Origin: a bacterium
GTDB taxonomy: Bacteria > J088 > JAWLBW01
Assembly: GCA_041690355.1 (NCBI GenBank)
Contig: JAWLHK010000023.1
Span: 1 to 64,000 of the forward strand
DNA length: 64,000 nucleotides
Direction of reading: 5' to 3'
Below the pieces are notes generated by a model that saw only the letters and a list, made by a program, of their open reading frames with translations, ran no database searches and was not told where the DNA came from. Below are positions 41,712-51,761 of the stretch, piece after piece (position 1 is the first letter of the stretch; each line of letters begins with the position of its first letter). Both the position numbers and the translations under genes were made by a program.

Positions 41712-42309
41712 GGCCGAACCACGCCGGCGGTGGAACCGCGAGTCGGTCGTGCAGGCGGCGGCCGAACTCACCGATCGCCATGGATACGACGCGCTGTCGC
41801 TGGCCCTGCTCGCCAAGGAGCTCGGCATCAAGCCCCCGTCTCTCTACAAACACATCGGAGGGCTCGACGATCTCAAAACGGCCATTCAGACCCATGCCAC
41901 ACAGGCGCTCAACAAGGTCATGCTCGAAGCCGCCGCCGCACGGTCGGGAGACGCGGCCGTTCTCGCCGTCGCGCACGCCTACCGCGAGTTCATGAAGCGG
42001 CACCCCGGACTGCAGGTCGCGCTCAGCCGCCCCTCGGCCACCGGCCACCAGGGCATCCAGGACCCCGAACTCGAAGCGTCGAACCGGCAGCTGCTTGAAT
42101 TCGCCGTGCGCCTGCTCGACGGTTACGATCTCGATGACCAAGGGCGCATCCACGCGCTGCGCGCCCTGCGCAGCCTGATTCACGGCTTCGCGCTGCTCGA
42201 GACGACCGGGTCTTTCGAGTACGCCGTCTCGGTACCGCAGAGTTTCACCTGGGCGATCGAGAACTACCTGAACGGACTCCCCGCCAAAGCCGAACAAGCG
42301 CGCCGGTAA
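41701..42309 (+). CDS. TetR/AcrR family regulator (WHG-type C-terminus)
   Basis: HTH LAKELGIKPPSLYKH, LIHGFALLE. Confidence 0.88.
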   Translation: MPTEAEPRRRWNRESVVQAAAELTDRHGYDALSLALLAKELGIKPPSLYKHIGGLDDLKTAIQTHATQALNKVMLEAAAARSGDAAVLAVAHAYREFMKRHPGLQVALSRPSATGHQGIQDPELEASNRQLLEFAVRLLDGYDLDDQGRIHALRALRSLIHGFALLETTGSFEYAVSVPQSFTWAIENYLNGLPAKAEQARR

Positions 42310-42621
42310 CCGTGGCCGGAACCCAGGCGCTCGCCTTACGGCTGCTCGGGGTGGTGTTGCGAACGACCTGTCGTGCAGAGTGAAAGACAGCGCCGGGCTT
42401 TCCCGGTTGAGCCTAGGGAGCGCAGCGCGGCCCCTCCGTTCGTGTCGAGCCGACGGTCGAAGGCAGCGCCTGGGACGACGGCGAGACAGGCACATGGATG
42501 CCCAAGTGCGCTCCCTCGCTGTCGCGTCCACCCCGTTCCCGCCGTCAGCTCGGGACGAACGGGATAATCCCGGGAAGCGGCAGCCAGCAAGGTTACGAGA
42601 GGAACTCGAGAGGGACTGTAG

Positions 42622-43140
42622 ATGATTACTGGAACCGAAGGGATTGACCTCGCGAAATCGCTGGCCATCGGCGCGGCGGCCGGTCTGGCCGGGTCGACCG
42701 CGCTCTATCGGACTTCGGTCCTGATCTACGATCGCACGCCGGAGCGGATCCGCGATATCGAAGACGAGCTCGAACCGCAGCAGCCTTTCGTGCTCGCCAC
42801 GAAGAAAGCGGTCGCCCTGACCCGCCGCAACGTCTCGCAGAAACGGGCCGAGCAGGTATCGGGGGTGGCCACCAAGGCCATCAGCATCGCGGCAGGCACC
42901 ACCCTGCTCGGCCTGCGGCGCGTCTGGCCGGGCAACTGGTTCACCCAGGGGCTCGCTTTCGGGACGCTCTTCTGGGCGGTGAACGACGAGACCGTGGGTC
43001 CGCTGGCCGGGCTGGTCGGCGACAACCGCGCCTACCCGGCCGCGTCGCACCTGCGCGGCCTCGCCGCGCATGCGGCCTTCGGGGTCGTGGCGGCCGCGGT
43101 CATCCGGGCGCTGGCGGGGCCGGTGGCGGGGCCGGAGTAG
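42622..43140 (+). CDS. Membrane protein, DUF1440-like
   Basis: GAAAGLAG, GLAFGTLFWAVNDE, HLRGLAAHAAFG hydrophobic pattern. Confidence 0.6.
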   Translation: MITGTEGIDLAKSLAIGAAAGLAGSTALYRTSVLIYDRTPERIRDIEDELEPQQPFVLATKKAVALTRRNVSQKRAEQVSGVATKAISIAAGTTLLGLRRVWPGNWFTQGLAFGTLFWAVNDETVGPLAGLVGDNRAYPAASHLRGLAAHAAFGVVAAAVIRALAGPVAGPE

Positions 43141-43161
43141 CAGACCACGGCGGCAAGGTCG

Positions 43162-43548
43162 TCACCCCTCTTCTTGGTCCTGGTCAAGCCGGCGTGTCTC
43201 TCCGGATCTGAGGTCTACCTCGCATAACCCCGGCCTCCGGCCGATCAACGGGAGGGATTCGGGGGCCGGCTCCCAGCCTGCTGTCCCGAGAATCTCCCGG
43301 ATGCGGACGCCAACCATCTGCTCATTCCCTGAACAGTAATAGTCCAGGTAATCTTCGCCCTGCCCGCAGAGGTCGGCGGCAAGCCCGCCGGCATACCGCC
43401 AGGAACAGGCCCACCGGGTTTCGGGCCGCTCCTTCTTCCACCAGACGATGTTGCAGAGTGCGCCGTACAGCTCGACGCACAGTTGGCGATCGCTCCGGAA
43501 CCGGTCAGCCATGCGGAACAGTTGTTCCTCGAGTGTGGGAGGCGTCAT
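43162..43548 (-). CDS. Hypothetical protein resembling a phage-associated family
   Basis: LYGALCN...WACSWRYAGGLAAD...DYLDYYCSG; ATG 43548 with GGAG upstream. Confidence 0.6.
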   Translation of the reverse strand: MTPPTLEEQLFRMADRFRSDRQLCVELYGALCNIVWWKKERPETRWACSWRYAGGLAADLCGQGEDYLDYYCSGNEQMVGVRIREILGTAGWEPAPESLPLIGRRPGLCEVDLRSGETRRLDQDQEEG

Positions 43549-43636
43549 TTCTCCAGTGTGCGCCCGTCCCGGGACAAACGCTGGCGGAGGCCCACCCCTG
43601 ATGAAACTCTTGCGCGGAAACGCCCGCCATGTTATA

Positions 43637-43675
43637 AACTGATCAGTTAGACCGCTCATACAGACCACATGGTCT
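43637..43675. promoter_or_regulatory. Palindromic operators upstream of the TetR-ABC operon
   Basis: AACTGATCAGTT (43637-43648) and AGACCA-CA-TGGTCT (43662-43675). Confidence 0.6.
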
Positions 43676-43698
43676 ATTGCCGGAGAGAGCCATTCCCC

Positions 43699-44409
43699 AT
43701 GCCCCTGCCCCGCTTCGAACGCGCCGCCCCCGAACTCCGCGATGCCATTCTGGATGCCGCCGCGGCGGAATTTTCGGCCCACGGCTATGACGGGGCGTCG
43801 CTCAACCGCATCCTGCTCGCGGCGGGGCTCAGCAAGGGGGCCTTCTACTACTACTTCGACGACAAGGCCGACCTGGCCGCCACCGTGCTCGAACGGCAGG
43901 CCGGCGACTGGATCGCCTCTGTCGGCGAGCTCCCGCCGCCAGCATCGGCCGCGGACTTCTGGACCGAGATGGAGCGCATGCAGGAGCGCGGGCTGGCGCT
44001 CGTGACCAATCCGCAACAGCGCGAGCTCATGGGGCGCATGGCGACCGCCGTCGGCCGCCATCCCGAAATCATGGAGCGCCTGATGCCCATGCTGCAGGAT
44101 GCCCAGGCGCGCCTCGGGGAATTCTTCCGCGCAGGCCAGACCGTCGGGGCCGTGCGTGACGACATGCCCGTCGAGCTCCTGCTCGCCATCATCCAGGGAA
44201 TGAAGCAGAGCCTCACGGCAACCATCCTGCCCGCCGATCGCGCGCCGAGCGCCGCGGAACTCGAACGGTTCGCCGGCATGCAGTTCGATTTCATCCGCCG
44301 GCTCAGCCTGCCGGCAGCTTCCCCTGAGGGGGGAAGTTCCGAGCCGAGGACTCGGGCCCGGCCGCGCGCGAAGATCCCCACGCGAAAACCGAGGAAAAGA
44401 AAGGAATAG
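43699..44409 (+). CDS. TetR/AcrR family regulator
   Basis: GYDGASLNRILLAAGLSKGAFYYYFDDKADL HTH. Confidence 0.9.
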   Translation: MPLPRFERAAPELRDAILDAAAAEFSAHGYDGASLNRILLAAGLSKGAFYYYFDDKADLAATVLERQAGDWIASVGELPPPASAADFWTEMERMQERGLALVTNPQQRELMGRMATAVGRHPEIMERLMPMLQDAQARLGEFFRAGQTVGAVRDDMPVELLLAIIQGMKQSLTATILPADRAPSAAELERFAGMQFDFIRRLSLPAASPEGGSSEPRTRARPRAKIPTRKPRKRKE

Positions 44410-44411
44410 CC

Positions 44412-45215
44412 ATGTTCCGCCTGCTCACCGCCATGCTCCCGGCCGTCCTCCTGCTGCTGCCCGCCGCCGCGCAGGCCGCCGACGCGCCGCCGCCGGGCCT
44501 GCCCGCGTGCCCGACGAAGACCGAGAAGCCTGAGGTGGCGCCGCTGCTCGAGCGAATGGAACAGATGATGGACGGCCGCTCCTCGGTCGCCACGATGACC
44601 ATGCGCATCAAGACCGAGAGCTGGTCGCGCACCCTCAAGATGAAGACCTGGTCGAAGGGCGAAGACTATGCGCTCATCCGCGTGCTCGAAGGGGGCCCGC
44701 GCGAGACCGGCATGATGACCCTGAAACGCGAGAAGCAGCTGTGGAATTACCTCCCCCAGGCCGGCCGCGTCATGAAGCTTCCCTCGGGCATGATGGGCGA
44801 TTCGTGGATGGGGAGCGACTTCACGAACGACGATCTCGTCGGGGGCAACTCCGTCAGCCGCGACTTCGACAGCGAAGTTCTGGGCACCGTGCGGCACGAA
44901 GGGCGGGATGCCTGGCGCATCCGTCTGACGCCGCGCCCGAGCGCGGCCGTGGTGTGGGAGTCCATCGAAGTCGTGCTCGACCGCGCCACCTGCGTGCCGC
45001 TCGAGCAGCGTTTCTACGACGAGGGCCAGACCCTTGCGCGCACGATGAGCTTCGGCGACGTGCGTACCCTGGGGTGGCGCCACTTTCCCGGTCGCATGGC
45101 GGTCAAGCCGGCCGACGAGAAGCGGGAGACGGTCATCGAGTACGAAGACATCCGGTTCGACGTCGAGATTCCCGACAGCACCTTCAGCCTGCACCGGTTG
45201 CAGCAGGGGCGCTGA
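44412..45215 (+). CDS. Outer-membrane lipoprotein-sorting (LolA-like) protein
   Basis: Signal peptide, LWNYLP, SWMGSDFTNDDL. Confidence 0.85.
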   Translation: MFRLLTAMLPAVLLLLPAAAQAADAPPPGLPACPTKTEKPEVAPLLERMEQMMDGRSSVATMTMRIKTESWSRTLKMKTWSKGEDYALIRVLEGGPRETGMMTLKREKQLWNYLPQAGRVMKLPSGMMGDSWMGSDFTNDDLVGGNSVSRDFDSEVLGTVRHEGRDAWRIRLTPRPSAAVVWESIEVVLDRATCVPLEQRFYDEGQTLARTMSFGDVRTLGWRHFPGRMAVKPADEKRETVIEYEDIRFDVEIPDSTFSLHRLQQGR

Positions 45216-45231
45216 GGAGAGGAGGTACGGC

Positions 45232-46446
45232 ATGCTGCTCAGAATGGCCTGGCGCAATCTGTGGCGCACGAAGCGCCGCACGATTATCACAGTACTCGCG
45301 ATGAGCCTCGGGGTCATGGGGATTGTCGCGCTGCACAGCTACCAGCGGGCCGCCTATGACGAAATGGTCGCGGGGGTCACCCGGGGGATGATCGGACACG
45401 TGCAGGTCGTGGGCCCGGGTTGGCGCGAGGCGCCCGATCTGGGAACCGTCGTGGCCGACGCCGTCGTGGTCGAGGCGCGCCTGCGCGCCGCCCTTCCCGC
45501 TGCAGGTACGGAAAAGCGCGTGCTCGGCGCCGCGCTCGCGGGAGCTGGCGATCGGTCGGCCGGCGTTTCCGTCACCGGCATCGAGCCCGGCAACACCGAC
45601 GGCGCCGCTCTGCTCACCATCGAAGCCGGACGCCCGCTCGGCCCCGCGCCGGCGCGGGAAGCGGTCGTGGGCAGCGGCCTCGCCCGGGAACTCGGCGTGG
45701 CACCCGGTGACGAGCTGGTGCTCTTCGGCCAGGCGGCCGACGGCTCGCTGGCGAACGACCGGTTTCTCGTGGTCGGCGTCGGCGACGCGGGGAGTTACGA
45801 TGCGAACGCCGTGTCGGTTTTCGTCCACATCGCCGACGCACAGTCCTTCTTCAGCCTCGAAGACGGCGCACATCAGATTATCGTGCGCCTGCCCGGCGAA
45901 TCCGTCGATCCCGAGGGTACGGCCGGACACCTTAGAGAAGCCCTCGCAGGCATGCCGGTCGAGGTCTGGGCCTGGGGAGAAATCCTTCCGGAGCTGAAAA
46001 AGACGATGGAACAGAAGATGAAGCAGCAGCATGCCGTCGACTTCATCGTCTTTCTCATCGTCGCGCTCGGCGTGCTCAACACGACCACGATGTCGACGTT
46101 CGAGCGCACCCGCGAGTTCGGCGTCATGGCTTCGCTCGGCACCCGGCGCGGAAGGATTCTCGGCCTCGTCGTCACCGAGACGCTGATCCAGGGGCTGCTC
46201 GGCTTCACCCTCGGGATGGGGGCCGCGGCGGCCATTCTCGCGGCGCTGAGCCCCGTGGATCTCAGCGGCGTCGTGCAAGGCGACGTGCTGGGGGCCCGCA
46301 TGCCCGATCAGCTGATCCTGCGCATCCACGGCGCGGCCGTACTGAGCGCGGGGGTTACCACCCTGCTTACCATGCTTGCCGGCAGCCTGCTCCCCGCGTG
46401 GCGGGCGTCGCGGCTCAAACCGGCCGAAGCCGCGAGGTACGTCTGA
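45232..46446 (+). CDS. ABC transporter permease, LolC/E-FtsX family
   Basis: MAWRNLWRTKRRT, GVLNTTTMSTFERTREFGV. Confidence 0.9.
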   Translation: MLLRMAWRNLWRTKRRTIITVLAMSLGVMGIVALHSYQRAAYDEMVAGVTRGMIGHVQVVGPGWREAPDLGTVVADAVVVEARLRAALPAAGTEKRVLGAALAGAGDRSAGVSVTGIEPGNTDGAALLTIEAGRPLGPAPAREAVVGSGLARELGVAPGDELVLFGQAADGSLANDRFLVVGVGDAGSYDANAVSVFVHIADAQSFFSLEDGAHQIIVRLPGESVDPEGTAGHLREALAGMPVEVWAWGEILPELKKTMEQKMKQQHAVDFIVFLIVALGVLNTTTMSTFERTREFGVMASLGTRRGRILGLVVTETLIQGLLGFTLGMGAAAAILAALSPVDLSGVVQGDVLGARMPDQLILRIHGAAVLSAGVTTLLTMLAGSLLPAWRASRLKPAEAARYV

Positions 46447-47678
46447 TGCTCACCGTTCTGAAGATCGCCTGGCGCAGCATCTGGCGCAACCGGCGCCGCA
46501 CGCTCATCAGCATGAGCGCCGTCGGGTTCGGGCTCCTGCTCATCATTTTCTATTCCGGGCTCATGGCGGGCGTGCTCGGCGATGCGCGCAACCAGCTCGA
46601 CAACACCGGCATGGGGCACGTCGAGATCACGGCAGAAGGATGGCGCGCCCAGCGCGACGTGCGCGCTTCGCTCGCCGAGCCCGACGCCGTGCTCGCCTCT
46701 CTACCGCTTCCCCCGAACACCGATGCGGGATGGCGCATCGTCAGCCGCGCCCTGGTTACCAGCGCCCGGGGCGCCGAGGGGATCGAGCTGCACGGCGTCG
46801 ACTGGGCCCGGGAAGCGACGCTCTCGCACCACGCCCGAACGCTCCTCGAGGGCCGGTTTCCCGCCGACGGCGATCGCCAGGGGCTCGTGCTCGGCGAGAA
46901 GCTCGCCGCGCGCCTCAAGGTCGGCGTCGGCAGCCGGGTGCGCCTCATGGTCCAGGGGACCGACGGCGAGCTCGCCGCCAACCTGTTCCGCGTGCGGGGC
47001 ATTTTCGCATCGCCGTCGCCGGCCATCTCGAAGGGGCGCGTCCTGCTCGGGCGCGAGGCCGCGGCAAGGCTGCTCGGAAGCGGCGCCGCGGGGCATCAGA
47101 TCGTCCTGCAGCTCGATCGCGCGGCGGCCGCCGAAACGGTCGCCGCTGCGGTGCGCGCCGAGCTCGGAGCCGGTTACGAAGTGCTGTCCTACGGCGACAT
47201 GCTCCCCGCGCTGCGCAACATGGAGGAGCTGGGCGACAGCGTCGTGCTCTTCGCGGCGCTCTTCGTATACCTGCTCGTCGGCCTGGGCATCCTGAACACG
47301 ATGCTCATGTCGGTGCTCGAACGCACGCGCGAATTCGGCGTCCTGCGGGCCATCGGCACCCGCCCGGGGCGCGTCGTCGCGCAGGTGCTCGGCGAATCGT
47401 TCTGGATCGCGACCCTCAGCGCCGCCGCCGGACTCGCCGCCGGCCTGGCCCTGACCTGGTACGGTTCGCAGCACGCGATCATCGACATGAGCGCGTCGGT
47501 CGGCGAAGCCTATGAGGTCGGCGGCGCCGTCATGAGCTCGGCGCTGAAGACGGAATTCTCGGTGCGCGCCGCGCTGCAGTCGACCGCCCTGGTCTACCTC
47601 ATGGCGCTGTTCACCGGACTGTATCCGGCGTGGAAGGTGGCGAAAATGCCCCCCGCCGAGGCCCTGCACTCGAACTGA
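46446..47678 (+). CDS. ABC transporter permease, LolC/E-FtsX family
   Basis: IAWRSIWRNRRRT, GILNTMLMSVLERTREFG; TGATG coupling. Confidence 0.9.
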   Translation: MLTVLKIAWRSIWRNRRRTLISMSAVGFGLLLIIFYSGLMAGVLGDARNQLDNTGMGHVEITAEGWRAQRDVRASLAEPDAVLASLPLPPNTDAGWRIVSRALVTSARGAEGIELHGVDWAREATLSHHARTLLEGRFPADGDRQGLVLGEKLAARLKVGVGSRVRLMVQGTDGELAANLFRVRGIFASPSPAISKGRVLLGREAAARLLGSGAAGHQIVLQLDRAAAAETVAAAVRAELGAGYEVLSYGDMLPALRNMEELGDSVVLFAALFVYLLVGLGILNTMLMSVLERTREFGVLRAIGTRPGRVVAQVLGESFWIATLSAAAGLAAGLALTWYGSQHAIIDMSASVGEAYEVGGAVMSSALKTEFSVRAALQSTALVYLMALFTGLYPAWKVAKMPPAEALHSN

Positions 47679-47689
47679 AAGGAGCGGCC

Positions 47690-48400
47690 ATGCCTGTCAT
47701 CGAAGTCAAGAACGTGACCAAGGAGTACCTGGACAACGGCGCGGTCGTCACCCGCGCGCTGCAGGGGGTCGACCTTACTGTGGAGAAGGGAGAATTCATG
47801 GCCCTGGCGGGACCGAGCGGTTCCGGCAAGACGACGCTGCTCAACCTGATCGGAGCGCTCGATACGGTCACGAGCGGCAGCATCCGGATCGAAGGCCGCG
47901 AAATCACCGGCCTCCCCCAGCGCGACCTTTCCGATCTGCGGCGCGATCGCATCGGATTCGTCTTTCAGGCTTACAACCTCGTGCCCGTGCTCACGGCAGC
48001 CGAGAATGCGGAATATGTGCTCGAGCTCCAGGGCGTTCAGCCCGCAGAGCGGCGCCGGCGCGTCGCCGAGCTGTTCACGCGCATGGGCATGGCCGATCTG
48101 CTCGACGCGCGTCCCCTCAAGATGAGCGGCGGCCAGCAGCAGCGCGTCGCGGTCGCCCGGGCGCTCGCCAGCAAACCGGCCATCATCCTCGCCGACGAGC
48201 CCACGGCGAATCTCGATCAGAAGACCGGCCGCGCCCTCATCGAGCTCATGCGCGAGATGAACCACGAGCAAGGGGTGACCTTCGTGTTTTCGACCCACGA
48301 TCCCATGGTGCTCGAACAGGCCGACCGCATCGTGCGCCTCGTCGACGGAAAGATTGCGGCCGACGAGCGAAAATCCGGATCCGCCCTCGCGGCCGGGTAA
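47690..48400 (+). CDS. ABC transporter ATP-binding protein, LolD-like
   Basis: [35 protein letters not shown]. Confidence 0.93.
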   Translation: MPVIEVKNVTKEYLDNGAVVTRALQGVDLTVEKGEFMALAGPSGSGKTTLLNLIGALDTVTSGSIRIEGREITGLPQRDLSDLRRDRIGFVFQAYNLVPVLTAAENAEYVLELQGVQPAERRRRVAELFTRMGMADLLDARPLKMSGGQQQRVAVARALASKPAIILADEPTANLDQKTGRALIELMREMNHEQGVTFVFSTHDPMVLEQADRIVRLVDGKIAADERKSGSALAAG

Positions 48401-48404
48401 CCCG

Positions 48405-49754
48405 ATGGCGCGTTCGCCCGCATGGCTCCCGTTCGCCGTGGCAGCCTTGATTTCCCTGCCCGCCCCGGCGGCGGCCGCCGAAGTCTGGACTTCGCAGGAC
48501 GGGGGCTATCTGCTCGACGCGCGCGCCTTCTACAAGACGATGGCGTCGGGGTACCGGCTGGCGCCCGGCCTGGTTGCAGGCACCGGAGCGCTGGCCGATC
48601 TGGCGGGGCGGCCCGAGGCGGCGCTGCCGGAGTACGGCGCGACCTCGGCCCATGCCGCCCGCGTGTGGGGAACGTTCGTGTTCGGCGAGCATACCGAACT
48701 GCAGGCCGGATGGCAGGCGGCGGGGAACCTGGCCTCGAACCGGGCCTTCGCGGCCGGAACCGATCTGCTCGGCGCGCCGGCACAGGACGCGGCGAGCCGC
48801 CGCCTCGTCGACTTCGATCCGCTCCTCTCCACCGGCGAACGCTATCAGATTCAACACAACCTCGACCTGCTCGCCCTGAAGTTCGGCGGCGAGCGGGGTG
48901 ACGTCACGATCGGACGCCAGGTGTTTTCCTGGGGCTCGGGGCGGTTGTGGAATCCGACGGATCTGCTGAGCCCCTTCGCGCCGACCGACATCGACCGCGA
49001 AGTACGCCGCGGAGTCGACGCCGTACGCGTCTCGATTCCTCTCTCGCTCACCGCACAGGCCGATGCGCTCTGGCTTCCCCAGAAGACCCTGCGCGAACAG
49101 GGGGCCGTGGCGCGCGTGCGCTTCAATCTGGCCGAATTCGACGTCTCGCCCTCGGTCGCCAAGTATGTGCGCGACGTGGTCTATGGGTTGGATGCGAGCG
49201 GCGACCTGGGAAGCCTCGGCGTGCACATCGAAGCGGCATACACCACTGCACTCGATACGGATGAGCGTTTCCTGCGCGGCGTCGCCGGACTCTCGGCGCA
49301 ACCGGCGGACTCCGTCTTTCTCACGGCGGAATACTATTACAACGGCTGGGGAACCACGCGGCCCGAGGAGTATCTCGACGTCCTGCAGAGTTCGCGGGTC
49401 GCACGGGGCGAAGTCTTCGGGGCCGGACGACACTATCTGGGAATCGTCACATCATGGCAGGCCACCGGGCTGCTGGCGGTCAACGGCATCGTGATCGCCA
49501 ACTTGACCGACCCGAGCGCGCAGCTGGTGCCCAGCGTGGAATACTGGGCGGCGCAAAGCATCCTCGTGCGCGCCGGCGGATACGTTCCCCTCGGCCGCGG
49601 TCCCGACGCAAGCGGTCTGCAGGCGTTGACGCCCCTCGACGCGGCGACAGGAAGCGAAGCGTTCCGCCGGGAAACCGGCAGTCTCGGCCTGCGCAGCGAG
49701 TACGGCGCGAGCCCCCTCGGCCTGTTCGCGCAGGTCGGATTCTATTTTCTGTGA
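48405..49754 (+). CDS. Outer-membrane beta-barrel protein
   Basis: Signal peptide, IGRQVFSWG, WNPTDLLSPF, GVDAVR, C-terminal VGFYFL. Confidence 0.75.
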   Translation: MARSPAWLPFAVAALISLPAPAAAAEVWTSQDGGYLLDARAFYKTMASGYRLAPGLVAGTGALADLAGRPEAALPEYGATSAHAARVWGTFVFGEHTELQAGWQAAGNLASNRAFAAGTDLLGAPAQDAASRRLVDFDPLLSTGERYQIQHNLDLLALKFGGERGDVTIGRQVFSWGSGRLWNPTDLLSPFAPTDIDREVRRGVDAVRVSIPLSLTAQADALWLPQKTLREQGAVARVRFNLAEFDVSPSVAKYVRDVVYGLDASGDLGSLGVHIEAAYTTALDTDERFLRGVAGLSAQPADSVFLTAEYYYNGWGTTRPEEYLDVLQSSRVARGEVFGAGRHYLGIVTSWQATGLLAVNGIVIANLTDPSAQLVPSVEYWAAQSILVRAGGYVPLGRGPDASGLQALTPLDAATGSEAFRRETGSLGLRSEYGASPLGLFAQVGFYFL

Positions 49755-49778
49755 TCGGACCCCCGCACCGGCACGCCC

Positions 49779-50807
49779 TCAGGCCTTCGCCGGCACGACT
49801 TTCTGCGGATAGAACCGCTCGACCAGCTGCTTGCAGTAGGCGAGCGGGCTCACCACCGGACGCACGGAGTGCCCGCTTTCGCGCGAAGCGACCTGCAGCA
49901 GCAGCTCGTTCTCGGGCTCGGGGGTGAGCAGGAGCAGGTTGTTCTCGTAGATGGCCAGCGGGAGGATGTGGAATTTGCGGGCCGTCCCGGGATGGATCAG
50001 CTTGAGCATGTCGGGCTGAATCTCGACCGGAAGATAGGGGTCGATCGTCGCGCAGCCGAAGTGGCGGCTCAGGTAGAGCGAGAGCACGCGCGAATCCATC
50101 AGCTCGGCCTGCATGAGCGCCTCGCCGACGTGCGAGCCGGGAAACCGCGCGAGCGCCGCACTCAGTTCCGCCTGCGTGATGATGCCGTCTTCGATGAGCA
50201 TGTCGCCGACCCGGGTGGCCGCCGACCCTTTCTTCTTGCGCTTGAAGGCGAGGGCGATGCCGGCCACCTCGAACACGATGAGATCGCGCGGCTCCTTCTG
50301 CTGGTGCCCTTCCTGAAACGGACGCTCGGTCAGCTTGGCCGGATCGACGTGCCGCGCGAAGAAGTCGGTCGGTATCTTGAGGTGGTCGCGCCGGATCTGG
50401 TGGAAGATGGCCTCGGGGATAATGCGCACGTAGATTTCCTTGCGCATCGCGCTTTCGAGGTCGCGAATCGCCTGGGGCGCCGGCGGATTCATGGCCCCCA
50501 CGACGAACCGGCCGCCCATCGTGTTGATCGGCACGACCCCATGCTGCAGCGCGATGTTACGCGGGAACATGGCCACCACGTTCGGTTTCACGTGGATCTC
50601 TTCGGCGACCCGCAGCAGCGGCAGACCGTGGTAGCGGTTGAGCATGTTGGTCAGCGTGTACTGGCTGACCACCCCCATGTCGAAGAGAATCGTACCGAGG
50701 CGCCCCCCGACCTCTTTCTGCCGCTGCAGCGCCGCCTGCAGAATCTCTTCGGTGATCGCGCCCTGTTTCAACAGCCGCTGGCCAATCGGGGTGGGGCTTG
50801 GTGCCAT
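49779..50807 (-). CDS. Stand-alone tandem MshEN (GspE/PilB N-terminal) domain protein
   Basis: IGQRLLKQGAITEEILQAALQRQ...RLGTIL and RVGDMLIEDGIITQAELSAAL repeats; no ATPase motifs. Confidence 0.78.
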   Translation of the reverse strand: MAPSPTPIGQRLLKQGAITEEILQAALQRQKEVGGRLGTILFDMGVVSQYTLTNMLNRYHGLPLLRVAEEIHVKPNVVAMFPRNIALQHGVVPINTMGGRFVVGAMNPPAPQAIRDLESAMRKEIYVRIIPEAIFHQIRRDHLKIPTDFFARHVDPAKLTERPFQEGHQQKEPRDLIVFEVAGIALAFKRKKKGSAATRVGDMLIEDGIITQAELSAALARFPGSHVGEALMQAELMDSRVLSLYLSRHFGCATIDPYLPVEIQPDMLKLIHPGTARKFHILPLAIYENNLLLLTPEPENELLLQVASRESGHSVRPVVSPLAYCKQLVERFYPQKVVPAKA

Positions 50808-50835
50808 GGGGGAGACTCCTCTCGGGTGAACTCGG

Positions 50836-51591
50836 TTACCGCGCCGACTGGCCTCCGTCGATGACCAGGGTCTCGCCGGTCATGAACCGGCTCGCGTCCG
50901 AGGCCAGGTAGACCACGAGCGGCCCCAGTTCTTCGGCGCGTCCGAAGCGTCGGGCGGGAATTTTGCGGAGCATGGCGGCAGCGATCTCCTGATCCCCCGT
51001 GCTGCCGACGGTCATCTCGGTTTCGAAGTAGCCGGGCGCGATGGCGTTTACCTGTATGTTATACCGCGCCCACTCGACCGCCAAGGTACGGGTGAGCTGC
51101 ACGAGCCCCCCTTTGGTGGCCGTATAGGCGGCCAGGCCGGGTTCGCCCTTGAGGCCGAACATCGAGGCGATGTTGACGATGCGCCCGCCGCGTCCGTGGC
51201 GCACCATCTCGCGGGCAGCCGCCTGCGCGAGCAGAAAGGGGGCGGTCAGGTTGATGTCGAGCGTGCGCCGCCAGTCCTGCTCGGTGACTTCGAGAGACGG
51301 GGCGTACCCGCTGACGCCGGCATTATTGACGAGAATGTCGAGGGCGCCAAGTTTTTCGACGCAGGTCCCGGCAATGCGGCCCGCGGCCCCCTCGGCGGCC
51401 ACGTCGACGGCCAGCGTCTCGCACGTGCCGCCTCCGGCGCGGACCTCTTCGGCGAGGGCGGCAAGGGAGGCTTCATCGCGCGCGGTGGCGAAAATCGCGG
51501 CTCCTTCGCGGGCGAGCGCGAGGGCCATGGCGCGTCCGAGACCCCGGCTGGCGCCGGTGACCACGGCGACCTTGTCGGCGAGCGATCCCAT
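50836..51591 (-). CDS. Short-chain dehydrogenase/reductase
   Basis: TGASRGLG, NNAG, YTATK, VNAIAPG. Confidence 0.92.
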   Translation of the reverse strand: MGSLADKVAVVTGASRGLGRAMALALAREGAAIFATARDEASLAALAEEVRAGGGTCETLAVDVAAEGAAGRIAGTCVEKLGALDILVNNAGVSGYAPSLEVTEQDWRRTLDINLTAPFLLAQAAAREMVRHGRGGRIVNIASMFGLKGEPGLAAYTATKGGLVQLTRTLAVEWARYNIQVNAIAPGYFETEMTVGSTGDQEIAAAMLRKIPARRFGRAEELGPLVVYLASDASRFMTGETLVIDGGQSAR

Positions 51592-51653
51592 CGCCCTTAG
51601 GATACCGGGCGGGTGAAAATGGTGCCAGCGCGGCCTCGGTCGTGCGTTCTCGC

Positions 51654-51687
51654 GGAGGGGGGGAGTGGGGGTGGGGGAGAGGGGGGG
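51654..51687 (+). repeat. G-box copy 1 (4x8-mer)
   Basis: GGAGGGGG GGAGTGGG GGTGGGGG AGAGGGGG GG. Confidence 0.9.
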
Positions 51688-51761
51688 ACGACGTGAGCCC
51701 ACGGTGTTCACGGGGACTGGGGGGACAAGAAAGGGCCGGACCCCAGCGCCCAGCGTCCCGG

